A stretch of 64,000 nt of DNA from an uncultured Gammaproteobacteria bacterium (lineage in GTDB: Bacteria; Patescibacteriota; Patescibacteriia; XYB2-FULL-38-15), in NCBI GenBank assembly GCA_965231095.1, contig OZ246416.1, positions 343,277 through 407,276 of the forward strand, read 5' to 3'. A program made the position numbers and the translations under genes. Below the pieces are notes generated by a model. The model was not told where the DNA came from, searched no databases, and worked only from the letters and a program-made list of their open reading frames with translations. Shown piece by piece: positions 1 to 11,380 of the stretch. The stretch's first letter is position 1. Every line of letters begins with the position of its first letter.

Positions 1-314
1 TTCCCTTCCCAATATTTTTCCCAAAGAGTATCAGTGCCGTGCGCCCCGTCCAAATGCGCAAAAATATTTTCCACCGCGAGTGGCGACTGGCCGGGTTCAT
101 CCAAAACCGCCTTGGGAATATCTATTGCTAAAAAAATCCAGCGACGTTTTGCTTCATAAAGATTCTGCCGCCAATTAACCCAAATTTCCCATGAACCCCA
201 AAGAAAAACCCAGAGGATTATAATCCACCCTCCGTCAGCGAAAAGGCGCCACATGATCGCGAGTGGCGACATTGACGCTAAAGTATCAAAATAACTCAAA
301 TCAATAGTGATCAT
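1..314 (-). CDS. 5' part of a conserved CPR-type membrane protein, running off the window edge; resembles the N-terminal domain of the ATPase at 40577-43246
   Basis: Manual translation from ATG at 314 gives MITIDLSYF...GGWIIILWVFLWGSWEIW...WIFLAIDIPKAVLDEPGQSPLAVENIFAHLDGAH...WEKYWEG, open to position 1; not in the ORF track. Confidence 0.7.
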   Translation of the reverse strand, partial: MITIDLSYFDTLASMSPLAIMWRLFADGGWIIILWVFLWGSWEIWVNWRQNLYEAKRRWIFLAIDIPKAVLDEPGQSPLAVENIFAHLDGAHGTDTLWEKYWEG

Positions 315-442
315 CACTACGTAAATTACTTTTATTCACAGACCTCCACATCTTTAATTATTATACCACAAAAATGCGTCAAGGTTAATATTAAACAAAA
401 AACCGCCCTACGATATCGCAGAGCGGTGAATTATCCACACCA

Positions 443-1273
443 TTATTTTCTATATTGTTCGGGAAAATTAAGCCGGCTGACCAAAAATCTCACAATCATT
501 ATACAAACAAAAGGAAACATTGCCGTAAAAGAAATCAGGGCAAAAATCGGTTTATTGATATTTATGGCCGCAAGAATTGTAAAAAAACAAATCAGGGCAT
601 AACCGATAATCGGCGCGTAATCAAACAAGTTCTCCTCTTCCGGCCGCTCGCGTTCAAAGAAAATTTTATAAAGAAAAACCGCGGAAAAAGAAATCGCCAT
701 CCATCCTAAAAAATTACTGATGGGCACGCCAAAATATTCTCCGGGATTAAACCACGACCACCATTCCATTTCTATCGCCAACGGCTCAAGAGAAAAATCC
801 CAGGCGACGACAATAAGCGAAGTTAAAAGCGCGCACCAAAAACTTACCCAAAATTTCTGTAAAAAGTGCGTATGCTTTGTAAATCTGAAATTTGTGATGT
901 GTTCCGAGACTTGATAGGAAAGATAAATAATCGCCGTCCACATAAAAATTATAAGCGCGGGAATATTTAAAAATTTCCATCCTAAAAATTCTGAATAATT
1001 ATAATATCCGTAAAAATTATTTGCCAAATTCACGCCGATAAATTCCGCCCCCAAACTTATCAGAAAAACTATAACCAGAAAAAGAATCGCGTTTCGCGTT
1101 CCGAATTTTCTGAAAGCGTGCCAAAGAGTAAAGGCAAAAACCGACAAAGTAAAAAACGCCGTCAAAATAAATCCTTGTTCCAACTCGCCCTGCCACAACA
1201 TAAAAATATAAAAAATAACAATGGCGGCGAAAAATAAATTGGCGAGAAAAAAATTTTCGTTTTTTGATTTCAT
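443..1273 (-). CDS. CruF-like carotenoid biosynthesis membrane protein (DUF422 family)
   Basis: Multi-TM protein with AEFIGV...YGYYNYS, WDFSLEPLA and YFGVPISNFLGW motifs typical of the CruF/DUF422 family. Confidence 0.75.
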   Translation of the reverse strand: MKSKNENFFLANLFFAAIVIFYIFMLWQGELEQGFILTAFFTLSVFAFTLWHAFRKFGTRNAILFLVIVFLISLGAEFIGVNLANNFYGYYNYSEFLGWKFLNIPALIIFMWTAIIYLSYQVSEHITNFRFTKHTHFLQKFWVSFWCALLTSLIVVAWDFSLEPLAIEMEWWSWFNPGEYFGVPISNFLGWMAISFSAVFLYKIFFERERPEEENLFDYAPIIGYALICFFTILAAININKPIFALISFTAMFPFVCIMIVRFLVSRLNFPEQYRK

Positions 1274-1296
1274 AAAGTCAACTGTTAACTGTCAAT

Positions 1297-1752
1297 TCAC
1301 AATGCCCCCAACTCGCGGAGCGCATGTTCAAATGTTTTTATGGCTTTTTTTGCCATGGTGTGATTTAGAGAAAAAGTTGCTTCGTGGACAAGTTGATTAC
1401 GCAAAACATGCGCCCACCACACTTTTCGCAGGCGGCTATATCTAAAAGTCGCGAACCGGATTCTCTCTCCCATGTCTTTGCCGGACATTGACATTGATTT
1501 TAAAACATAATCAAGAAGTTTGTCGGCCTCCATCACGGCGAGTTTATAATTCATCTCGCCCGGACCGTCAAGCATGGCTTCAATTTCCTGCCAGCGTTTT
1601 TTAATCCCGGTTTTATCAAGATCATATTCTCGGCTTTTAAAAAAAGTGGCAATGCCTTTGTACGCGCGGTAAATCAAAAAAATAAAAGCGATGGCGGCGA
1701 GCAGTCCGCCGATAAATTTTAGTAAAGAATAGAGATCAATTTCAACGGTCAT
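1297..1752 (-). CDS. Conserved hypothetical single-TM protein (CPR type)
   Basis: N-terminal TM helix; AVMEADKLLD...GERIR...AHVLRNQLVHE helical motif. Confidence 0.6.
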   Translation of the reverse strand: MTVEIDLYSLLKFIGGLLAAIAFIFLIYRAYKGIATFFKSREYDLDKTGIKKRWQEIEAMLDGPGEMNYKLAVMEADKLLDYVLKSMSMSGKDMGERIRFATFRYSRLRKVWWAHVLRNQLVHEATFSLNHTMAKKAIKTFEHALRELGAL

Positions 1753-1757
1753 AGTTT

Positions 1758-2267
1758 TTAATTTTGGCTAATCCAGTTTTTTACTTTTTGATAACCGATA
1801 TCCAGCCTATCTCCAAATTCGTTATCTGATAGGTGCAACCCGACGACATTCGGATATTGCTTCAAAAAATTTTCATGATCAGTTATAAAACTCTCAATTT
1901 TTTCCAAAGTCTCATGGTATCCTTTTGCTTTATAAAGAGACTTCAATAATTTTTCGCTCAAATCTAAACTAATAATAAACACTCGATAACCATAATTCTC
2001 TATTCCCTTTTTAAGTTTGGCCCATTCTCTATCTACACTGGCATCGTAAATAAATGATAGCCCACTTTTTGTTATCTCTTCCAGTCTGTTATCACGACGC
2101 TTTATATATTCTGTATTATCTGACGAGCCGATATCTTCGACGACCTCTGTTCGGATAGCGTCATTACTAAAAATCGGGAGGTTCAGTTTCCAACTTAAAT
2201 AATGAGCGATCGGCGTTTTCGAACTTCCTGCTGCTCCGGCAAATGTAATTAAAAACTTATTCTCCAT
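1758..2267 (-). CDS. P-loop kinase / AAA family protein
   Basis: Degenerate Walker A GAAGSSKT near the N-terminus; nucleotide-kinase-like size. Confidence 0.65.
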   Translation of the reverse strand: MENKFLITFAGAAGSSKTPIAHYLSWKLNLPIFSNDAIRTEVVEDIGSSDNTEYIKRRDNRLEEITKSGLSFIYDASVDREWAKLKKGIENYGYRVFIISLDLSEKLLKSLYKAKGYHETLEKIESFITDHENFLKQYPNVVGLHLSDNEFGDRLDIGYQKVKNWISQN

Positions 2268-2274
2268 AATATTT

Positions 2275-2865
2275 TTACTCTTCCTTCCTCGTCCACACTA
2301 CCCTTGCCGGCGCGTCTTCATCAGACCATTTAATTTCCAAATTCCCGCCTTTGAACGCCCGGGCGATTTGTTTGCCGATAGAAACGGCCAGCTGATTTTC
2401 CGTGGTCGTGACGCGCACCTTGCGGCCCATATCCTCAATTTTTATAATCTGATCTTCCGGATCTCGCTTGAAAGCTCGCGCTCCGACATTTCGCACCAAA
2501 TTTATCATTTCACTTTTTTCTTCTGGCACTAAATTTTCCAAAATCAACTCCCCTTCCCATCCGGTTTTATTTTTTCCCCCAACAATCCACTTGCACTCGA
2601 CGCATAATTCTTTTGTCACCGGTTTTGGAGACAACATTTTTTTATATATTTTTTCAAAATTTGGAATCGTGTGCCAATGCTCATCAAAATAAACCGCGCC
2701 GCAACGGGAACAAACGCGAAGCGGCTCCTTTCCTTTAACTTCTTTTTCCCACCAACTCGGGGCGATCCGCGGCGTGTGGCTGGCGGTTAATTTATTTTTT
2801 GCCGACCTTGTGGGCGCGGCTTGGCTTGTTAACTTTTTTCCTTTTTTAACGTTGATTTTTCTCAT
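2275..2865 (-). CDS. BCAM0308-family (NMD3-like zinc-ribbon) protein
   Basis: CSRC and CVEC pairs, HWH, and a C-terminal TTENQLAVSIGKQIARAFKGGNLEIKWS...RVVWTR signature. Confidence 0.7.
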   Translation of the reverse strand: MRKINVKKGKKLTSQAAPTRSAKNKLTASHTPRIAPSWWEKEVKGKEPLRVCSRCGAVYFDEHWHTIPNFEKIYKKMLSPKPVTKELCVECKWIVGGKNKTGWEGELILENLVPEEKSEMINLVRNVGARAFKRDPEDQIIKIEDMGRKVRVTTTENQLAVSIGKQIARAFKGGNLEIKWSDEDAPARVVWTRKEE

Positions 2866-2881
2866 AATATTATTTTTTTAA

Positions 2882-2933
2882 CCCGACTAAAGTCGGGGCT
2901 CCTTAAAAACGGACTCCTCACTTTAGTGAGGAC
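2882..2933. repeat. Pair of inverted REP-like hairpins (cccgactaaagtcggg and tcctcactttagtgagga)
   Basis: Two hairpins with the same ACTAAAGT/ACTTTAGT core in opposite orientations, in the spacer downstream of gatA. Confidence 0.55.
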
Positions 2934-2952
2934 TGCAAACCCAGTAAATTAT

Positions 2953-4365
2953 TTAAATCATCTTTGCTACTTCAAGCATTATCTCTTCGCCAAACCACGG
3001 CGCCATAATTTGAACACCAACCGGTAATTTGTCCGCAACGCCCGCCGGAACGGAAATGGCCGGAAGCCCGGCCACGTTTGCCGAAACCGTGAAGACATCG
3101 GATAAATACATCAATAGCGGGTCGTCAATTTTTTCTCCAATTTTAAATGCTGTGGTCGGCGCGGTCGGCATTACCAAACAATCAACTTCCTTAAAAACTT
3201 TAAGAAAGTCCTCGCGAATCAGCGTCCGCATTTTTTGCGCTTGCAAATAATATGCGTCATAATATCCGGCGGAAAGCGCGTAAGTCCCAAGCATGATCCG
3301 ACGCTTTACCTCATCACCTAAACCTTCGGCCCGAGTTTTTAAATATGTTTCCAATAATGTTTTTGCTTTTTTAGTTTGATAACCATATCGCACACCGTCG
3401 TAGCGCGCCATATTTGCCGAAACCTCAGCCGGCACAATCAAATAATAAACCGCCAGAGCGTATTTGGCATGCGGCAAACTGACATTAATAATTTCCGCGC
3501 CAGATTTTTTTAATTTATCCACTGCGTCGCGCACGCATTTTTCCACGTCTTTATCCATCCCGGCTATAAAATATTCCTTTGGCAAACCAATCCTCAATCC
3601 TTTAATATTTATTTGCTTATTAGTTTTTTTATTTATCTGCTCAACTGTTGTTGAATCCATCTTATCTTTCCCGCGAATTATATCAAAAACAATTTCCGCG
3701 TCTTCCACATTTTTTGTAATCGGTCCGATCTGATCCAAACTTGACGCCATGGCCATCAAACCATAACGGGAAACCGCGCCGTAAGTCGGTTTTAATCCGA
3801 CAACGCCACAAAAGCTGGCTGGCTGGCGAACCGATCCGCCCGTATCAGAACCAAGCGCGTAAATACACATATTGGCCGCGACCGCCGCCGCCGAGCCGCC
3901 CGACGATCCGCCGGCAACGCGAGCCATATCATGCGGATTTTTTGTCACGCCAAAATATGATGTCTCAGTTGACGCGCCCATAGCAAATTCATCCAGATTT
4001 GTTTTTCCCAAAATCACCGCCCCGGCGACGCGCAATTTTTCCACCACCGTCGCGTCGTACGTTGCAACATAATTTTCCAGAATTTTTGAGCCGGCCGTCG
4101 CGCGGATATCTTTTACTAAAATATTATCCTTCAGTGCCATCGGCACACCTTCCAAAATTCCGATCTTTTTCCCTGCGGAAATTTTTTTATCAACCGCTTT
4201 TGCCGCTTCCATCGCCTCACGCTCCGTCATGGTGATAAACGCGTTTAATTTTTTATTGAACTTTTTAATTTGCGCCAAACAAGCTTCAGTTAATTCAACT
4301 GAAGTAAATTTCTTTGCCACAAGTCCGTCATGAGCCTGTTGGATGGTTAGTTCATTTAATTCCAT
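2953..4365 (-). CDS. gatA: Asp/Glu-tRNA amidotransferase subunit A
   Basis: Amidase signature GGSSGGSAAAVA...GSDTGGSVRQPA and EVKRRIMLGTYALSAGYYDAYY. Confidence 0.97.
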   Translation of the reverse strand: MELNELTIQQAHDGLVAKKFTSVELTEACLAQIKKFNKKLNAFITMTEREAMEAAKAVDKKISAGKKIGILEGVPMALKDNILVKDIRATAGSKILENYVATYDATVVEKLRVAGAVILGKTNLDEFAMGASTETSYFGVTKNPHDMARVAGGSSGGSAAAVAANMCIYALGSDTGGSVRQPASFCGVVGLKPTYGAVSRYGLMAMASSLDQIGPITKNVEDAEIVFDIIRGKDKMDSTTVEQINKKTNKQINIKGLRIGLPKEYFIAGMDKDVEKCVRDAVDKLKKSGAEIINVSLPHAKYALAVYYLIVPAEVSANMARYDGVRYGYQTKKAKTLLETYLKTRAEGLGDEVKRRIMLGTYALSAGYYDAYYLQAQKMRTLIREDFLKVFKEVDCLVMPTAPTTAFKIGEKIDDPLLMYLSDVFTVSANVAGLPAISVPAGVADKLPVGVQIMAPWFGEEIMLEVAKMI

Positions 4366-4390
4366 AGAATAATTTTTGTGATTACCGCCC

Positions 4391-4888
4391 TTTTGTCTTT
4401 GCGAGGCGCCTTAGCGCCGAAGCAATCTCCTCCTTCTCTTTTATAAATCATCACTTAAATCCCACCACTCTGAATTATCTTTTTCAATCAAGTCTATCTT
4501 TTTCTTTCTTGAACCACCTTTAATTTGTTTTTCTCTCGCGATGGCTTCTTCTACATTGGTGAAAATTTCGTAGTGAACTAATTTATTTAAATTGTATTTT
4601 GAGGTAAAACCTTTAATTAATTTTTGTTTATGCTGCCATGTTCTATTTGGTAAATTATTGGTGACGCCCGTGTACAAAGTGGTATTCCACTTGTTGGTCA
4701 ATATATAAACGTAATAATATCTTTCTTCCATGCTAATGAGATTGCTTCGCTGCGGCTCGCAATGACAAAACGGGGGTTGTCTTTACGAGGACGGTGTTTT
4801 TGTCTTTGCGAGGCGCCTTAACGCCGAAGCAATCTCATCAATGTCGTTATCCGTGGGATTGCTTCGCTGCGGCTCGCAATGACAGAAA
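4391..4888. mobile_element. Palindromic-repeat (REP/RPE-like) module: inverted repeats flank a GIY-YIG gene, followed by an empty repeat pair
   Basis: Left arm gtctttgcgaggcgcc..gcgccgaagcaatctc at 4391-4429 and 4797-4836; right arm gattgcttcgctgcggctcgcaatgaca at 4738-4770 and 4856-4888; lies between gatC and gatA. Confidence 0.8.
4441..4731 (-). CDS. GIY-YIG nuclease family protein (YhbQ/UPF0213-like)
   Basis: YYVYILTN...LYTGVTNNL..R...H...GFTSKY...AIAREKQIKGGSRKKKIDLIE. Confidence 0.93.
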   Translation of the reverse strand: MEERYYYVYILTNKWNTTLYTGVTNNLPNRTWQHKQKLIKGFTSKYNLNKLVHYEIFTNVEEAIAREKQIKGGSRKKKIDLIEKDNSEWWDLSDDL

Positions 4889-5182
4889 TTACTCAAATAC
4901 CGCTTTCACTTTTACCAAATTATCAATTCTCTCCGGCGCGGCGGCGACTAACTTTTTCATTGTTTCCTCGTCGCATTTTTTTACCTCATCCGGCCGGGCG
5001 ACATTTGTAAAAACTGTCACCTGTGCTGTAGGCACTGCCTTGCTTAAATCAACTTTTTGTAATTCTTTAAAATATCCCAAAACCGCGGACAATTGTCCGC
5101 CAAATTTCTCCTTTTCTTTTTCAGTCAATTCCAGCCGCGCCAAAGTGGCAATGTGTTCAACTTCTTGCTTTGTAAGTTTCAT
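4889..5182 (-). CDS. gatC: Asp/Glu-tRNA amidotransferase subunit C
   Basis: MKLTKQEVEHIATLARLELT...; directly upstream of gatA. Confidence 0.95.
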   Translation of the reverse strand: MKLTKQEVEHIATLARLELTEKEKEKFGGQLSAVLGYFKELQKVDLSKAVPTAQVTVFTNVARPDEVKKCDEETMKKLVAAAPERIDNLVKVKAVFE

Positions 5183-5212
5183 ATTATTTTATTATACTGC
5201 GTCGACCATAAA

Positions 5213-7291
<2,079 letters not shown>

Positions 7292-7336
7292 TTAAATTTT
7301 CAATTCTCATTTCCAAAATCCGATTTCCTAAATTTT

Positions 7337-8218
7337 CTACGGACAAACCGCTTCGGCTCCTTTCACGAGCGAACATTCGCTAAATAAAACATAATCGTAC
7401 AGGCCGGACATCGGCGATTTTCTGGGCATTGTCACTCTGATCGCCTGACGCGCGACGCCGTATTCTCCAGCAGAACTTAAAACAATCCTCGCGGGAATTT
7501 CTATCTGCGGGGGGGCGGCGTTATCCGCTCCCCAAGAGGTAATTATAACATTATTTATATCACAATAAAGTGCCTTGATTCGGAGCCGATAAGACTTGGC
7601 CCCCGAAAAACCGTTATTAATAACCGGACTTGCGAGCGCACTGTATTTAAATTTCTGCTCCCCCGCTTCCGACCATCCGGCCGCCGGATCCCAGGCAACA
7701 TAACTAACTTCAATCATAGAAACCGCCGGCAGGACACAATCCGGCACCCATTCAATTTTAACAGATTCAACTCCCGCGGCAACCGCATTTTCCGGATCAA
7801 AAAGATCTATCTGCATGGAATTATCTTTTTCTACTTTTCCATAAATCTGCGGCTCGCGGTCAATAATTGTTCTCTCCCAAGAAGACCCATTACTCAAATC
7901 TCCGGCCGCCGAAATACATGCCTCCCCTCCCCCTGCCGAGCAAAATCCATTCGCCCCGCACGCTCCGGCTGGACAATTTAGGACTGCGTCTTCTTTTCTT
8001 AATTTATAAATCGCCTGCTCAACTCCCGCTTCGGAGGCAAAATAAGCCACCGTGGAAAAATCAATATTTCTCGCCTGTTTAATTTCATTTAAAATAATCG
8101 CGCCAATTCCAAGCCCAGCCGTCATAATTCCCGCCATGACAAGCAAGGCAAGCAATAAAACATTTCCATGTTCGGTTCCAAAATTTTTAATTTTGAATTG
8201 TAATTTTAAATTTTGCAT
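7337..8218 (-). CDS. PilX-like minor pilin / pilus assembly protein
   Basis: G-NVLLLALLVM hydrophobic segment lacking E5 and AYFASEAGVEQA motif typical of the PilX N-terminus; Cys-rich. Confidence 0.8.
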   Translation of the reverse strand: MQNLKLQFKIKNFGTEHGNVLLLALLVMAGIMTAGLGIGAIILNEIKQARNIDFSTVAYFASEAGVEQAIYKLRKEDAVLNCPAGACGANGFCSAGGGEACISAAGDLSNGSSWERTIIDREPQIYGKVEKDNSMQIDLFDPENAVAAGVESVKIEWVPDCVLPAVSMIEVSYVAWDPAAGWSEAGEQKFKYSALASPVINNGFSGAKSYRLRIKALYCDINNVIITSWGADNAAPPQIEIPARIVLSSAGEYGVARQAIRVTMPRKSPMSGLYDYVLFSECSLVKGAEAVCP

Positions 8219-8231
8219 TTTTAATTTTGGA

Positions 8232-8810
8232 TTACCTGCGGTATATTCTTCCGGACACTGTCGTTTGTAAATAAATTGTTTCCTGCTCTTCCGCCCGGCC
8301 GCCGATTCCTTTCGTCACAAGCACTATTGTCACCCGCGGCTGATTGTTTGAATCATAAAGATTCATCATGTTTAATTTAAAAGGATCCAAAACGGGATCA
8401 ATATAAAATTTTAAATCTTCCACGTTATTTCCTTTCGAAGTGATGCTCGCCCAAGTCAACCCTTCGTCCTGGCTCACTACAAGACACTTTGCCGTCCCCA
8501 AAGGACAGTTGTCCGCGCTTTTTTTAAAAATAATTGAATTGTTATCCGCGTCGAGAAGCGCGAGTTCGTCTTCCGGCGAATTTATTCCTCCGGCATAGCC
8601 CGCCCAACTATAATCAATCATATCCATTTTTATTTCCCGAGATACGGCTTCCATGGAATACCGCGCGTCGGATTGAACTTTCTCTATTGCCAAAGTCCGG
8701 CGCTGGGCTTTTCCCGCCATCATAAAAATATCAATAATCACAACCGTAGCCACGGAAAAAATCGCAAGCACAACCATCATTTCAACCAAGGTAAATCCTC
8801 TCTTGTTCAT
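8232..8810 (-). CDS. Minor pilin (PilW/PulJ-like)
   Basis: Prepilin motif RGFTLVEMMV. Confidence 0.85.
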   Translation of the reverse strand: MNKRGFTLVEMMVVLAIFSVATVVIIDIFMMAGKAQRRTLAIEKVQSDARYSMEAVSREIKMDMIDYSWAGYAGGINSPEDELALLDADNNSIIFKKSADNCPLGTAKCLVVSQDEGLTWASITSKGNNVEDLKFYIDPVLDPFKLNMMNLYDSNNQPRVTIVLVTKGIGGRAEEQETIYLQTTVSGRIYRR

Positions 8811-8820
8811 AATATTTATT

Positions 8821-9423
8821 TCACCGCCAGTTATAAATTCTATCTTCGATTACCACATCGCGCGCGCGCCCGGAAAGAGTCCACTTCACTTCCGACTTAA
8901 TTCTTATTCCAATTTTTTCTTCCCCTCCGCCGCAAGGATTACCGGTAATATTTTCTGTTTGCGCCGCCACATTAAAACAAATCGGATCCAAAGTTATGAG
9001 CCGAAAATATTCAGTTGGCGTTCCTCCCAGTGGAATCACGTCTTGCAAATATAAATTTTCCGGACTGCGATATAATTTCGCCGCCGCGTCAGTTGCGGCA
9101 TTCGGCGTAAAATCAAGCCCCCACATTTTTGTCAGCGGATTAAAAACCGCGATTGCCGTAAAATCATTTCCCAAAGAAAGCCCCGAATCCCAAGCTAAAT
9201 TCTGAAGCCAATTTGCGTCGCGAAAATTACGCGCCACTTCCACTCCTTCTCGCGCGAGGTTTGACGCCACCACTCTCGTCCCAGCCTCATCCACTCCGGA
9301 CAAATTGGAAATGGTGAGCGTTAGGGCGCCAACCAAACCGGTTATAATAATGGCGATAGCGATAATCATTTCAACCAAACTCTGCCCGGATTGCGATCTC
9401 AAATTTTTAAAATTAGAAATCAT
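8821..9423 (-). CDS. Minor pilin (PilV/PulI-like)
   Basis: GQSLVEMIIA prepilin variant; ASNLAREGVE. Confidence 0.8.
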   Translation of the reverse strand: MISNFKNLRSQSGQSLVEMIIAIAIIITGLVGALTLTISNLSGVDEAGTRVVASNLAREGVEVARNFRDANWLQNLAWDSGLSLGNDFTAIAVFNPLTKMWGLDFTPNAATDAAAKLYRSPENLYLQDVIPLGGTPTEYFRLITLDPICFNVAAQTENITGNPCGGGEEKIGIRIKSEVKWTLSGRARDVVIEDRIYNWR

Positions 9424-9432
9424 AATTCAATC

Positions 9433-9948
9433 TTATTCCACGTCAATGCGCCCGGAAATTCTATTTAAAATTATTTTTTTCATTTTACCGCTCAAGCTGT
9501 GTTTTAAAGTTATTGCGAGAAGATTATCAATCGTGCCGCCATTGATATAAGCCGTGGGCTTTGGCGGTTTGAAAGTCACAGCCGACGCCGCCGCGGGCGA
9601 AATTCCGGTAATAACAATATCGAGAGGCAGGGAGATTGACCCGCCAGGAAGGGCTTCGCCGTCATCATAAAAAAAATTCCCATTTTTGTCGGCAAAAATT
9701 ATGTATCCGTCCGGATTTCCTAAGTTAAAAGAGACGCCATATCCTCCGAGCGGCGTCATACCCAGAAATTGTTCTCCGGCCAAAGCCATGTTTTGCGCTC
9801 GGCGCAAATTGGAAGCGACTGTTTCCGCCGCGATTTTCAATTCATCACTTCGGCTCCCGCCACGAAAATTTGAGACGACCATAGTCGTCACAATAATAAA
9901 AATTCCCAAAGAAATAAGCAGTTCAATTATTGTAAACCCGCGTTTCAT
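9433..9948 (-). CDS. Minor pilin (FimT/GspH-like)
   Basis: RGFTIIELLI; LRRAQNMALA. Confidence 0.85.
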   Translation of the reverse strand: MKRGFTIIELLISLGIFIIVTTMVVSNFRGGSRSDELKIAAETVASNLRRAQNMALAGEQFLGMTPLGGYGVSFNLGNPDGYIIFADKNGNFFYDDGEALPGGSISLPLDIVITGISPAAASAVTFKPPKPTAYINGGTIDNLLAITLKHSLSGKMKKIILNRISGRIDVE

Positions 9949-9949
9949 T

Positions 9950-10726
9950 TTAAAAATTTAAATACCATTGTAAAATTTTTTCTCCCCAAAACATCGCGAC
10001 GATTGTTCCGGCCGCAAGAAATGTTCCAAACGGCACCTGGCTTTTCATCGTTTTAATTTTTCCGGCCACCAAAATTAATCCGATAATTGCTCCGACTACA
10101 TAAGAAAAAAACAACGCCACACCAAGCCCGCCCAATCCTAAAATCAAACCCATTAGCGCTCCCATTTTTATGTCCCCTCCCCCAATCCACCTTCCTTTTG
10201 AAATTATATATTGCAAAAGAAAAAATCCACCGCCCAAAACTGCCGCAATAATCGGACCAAGTATCCCCCACCAAGAAATTTCTCCGCCGTAAATTAAGGG
10301 AATTGTCACCGCGACCACGGCCGCCGCGGGATAAATTATTTTATCCGGAATCAAATAATATTTAAGATCATAAACAAAAATTATAATCATTGCGGAAATC
10401 ACAAACCACTCTTTTGCCAACAAAAAAAAATTATAAGTTGTGAGTCGCAAATCGTATGGCAAGTACGCAAGCAAAAATAAAACCCCGGTTGCAAGTTCCA
10501 CCATCGGATATTGCCACGAAATTTTTTTTCCGCAGTGCCGGCATTTCCCCCCTTGAATTAAAAAACTTAAAACCGGAATGAGTTCAAGGGGACCTAAAAC
10601 GTGGCGGCATTTGGGGCAATGCGACCGGCCGGTCAAAATTGACTCCTCCTTGTGCATGCGCCAAATAATAACATTCAAAAAACTGCCGATAATTAAGCCG
10701 AAAATAAAGGCGATTGCAAACATCAT
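9950..10726 (-). CDS. pilD: Prepilin peptidase
   Basis: GSFLNVIIWR, RSHCPKC, CRHC, GGGDIK, VPFGTFL; start moved to MMFA at 10726. Confidence 0.93.
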   Translation of the reverse strand: MMFAIAFIFGLIIGSFLNVIIWRMHKEESILTGRSHCPKCRHVLGPLELIPVLSFLIQGGKCRHCGKKISWQYPMVELATGVLFLLAYLPYDLRLTTYNFFLLAKEWFVISAMIIIFVYDLKYYLIPDKIIYPAAAVVAVTIPLIYGGEISWWGILGPIIAAVLGGGFFLLQYIISKGRWIGGGDIKMGALMGLILGLGGLGVALFFSYVVGAIIGLILVAGKIKTMKSQVPFGTFLAAGTIVAMFWGEKILQWYLNF

Positions 10727-10790
10727 ATTAAACAAATTATACCATAAAAAATAATCCCCCGGAATAGCGGATTTTAATGTACTGCAAAAC

Positions 10791-10822
10791 AAAAACTCTC
10801 CCGATAAACAGGAGAGTTTTTA
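10791..10822 (-). terminator. Intrinsic terminator after the major pilin gene
   Basis: aaaaactctcc...ggagagttttt hairpin with A/T tracts on both sides. Confidence 0.65.
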
Positions 10823-10844
10823 TCTCAAAATCTTCTGACTAAAT

Positions 10845-11294
10845 TTACTGCAGACCAGCCGGAGTCAAGGTATGAGCGCCAGCCGCCAAATCTCCGGTCG
10901 CGCCTTCGAGCCAAAAGTTAATTTCATAACTTCCTGCCGCCGCCGCGCCAAAAGAATAATTACATTTTGCCGCCGCTGGATCAGCGCAAGCCGCCGCGAC
11001 TCCACCCGGATCTTTCAGGGTCACAACACCCGGCAAAAAGTCAGGCGCCAAGGCAGCGCAAGCGGAAACCAACGATGGATTAGTACAAGTCGCACCAGCC
11101 GGATAAGTGTTATTCGCGCTGTAATACAACTCCATGGCTGTTTGGACCTGTTTCATATCAGCGACTCTCTTTGAATCTCTGGCTTTGGTTCTGGCTGAAG
11201 TCAAGGCAACAACTGCCAAAGTTGAGAGCAAGCCGATGATCGCGATAACCACGAGCAACTCAATCAAGGTAAAACCTTTTTTATTTTTAAACAT
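10845..11294 (-). CDS. pilA: Major type IV pilin
   Basis: KGFTLIELLVVIAIIGLLSTLAVVAL...ARDSKRVADMKQ; strong SD (AAGGAGGT); own terminator. Confidence 0.9.
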   Translation of the reverse strand: MFKNKKGFTLIELLVVIAIIGLLSTLAVVALTSARTKARDSKRVADMKQVQTAMELYYSANNTYPAGATCTNPSLVSACAALAPDFLPGVVTLKDPGGVAAACADPAAAKCNYSFGAAAAGSYEINFWLEGATGDLAAGAHTLTPAGLQ

Positions 11295-11380
11295 TCTTCC
11301 ACCTCCTTTCGTATGTCACAACTTTAAGCTTCTAAGTCGTGACTTTTAGGATTAAATTATTAATGAATTATATCACATTT

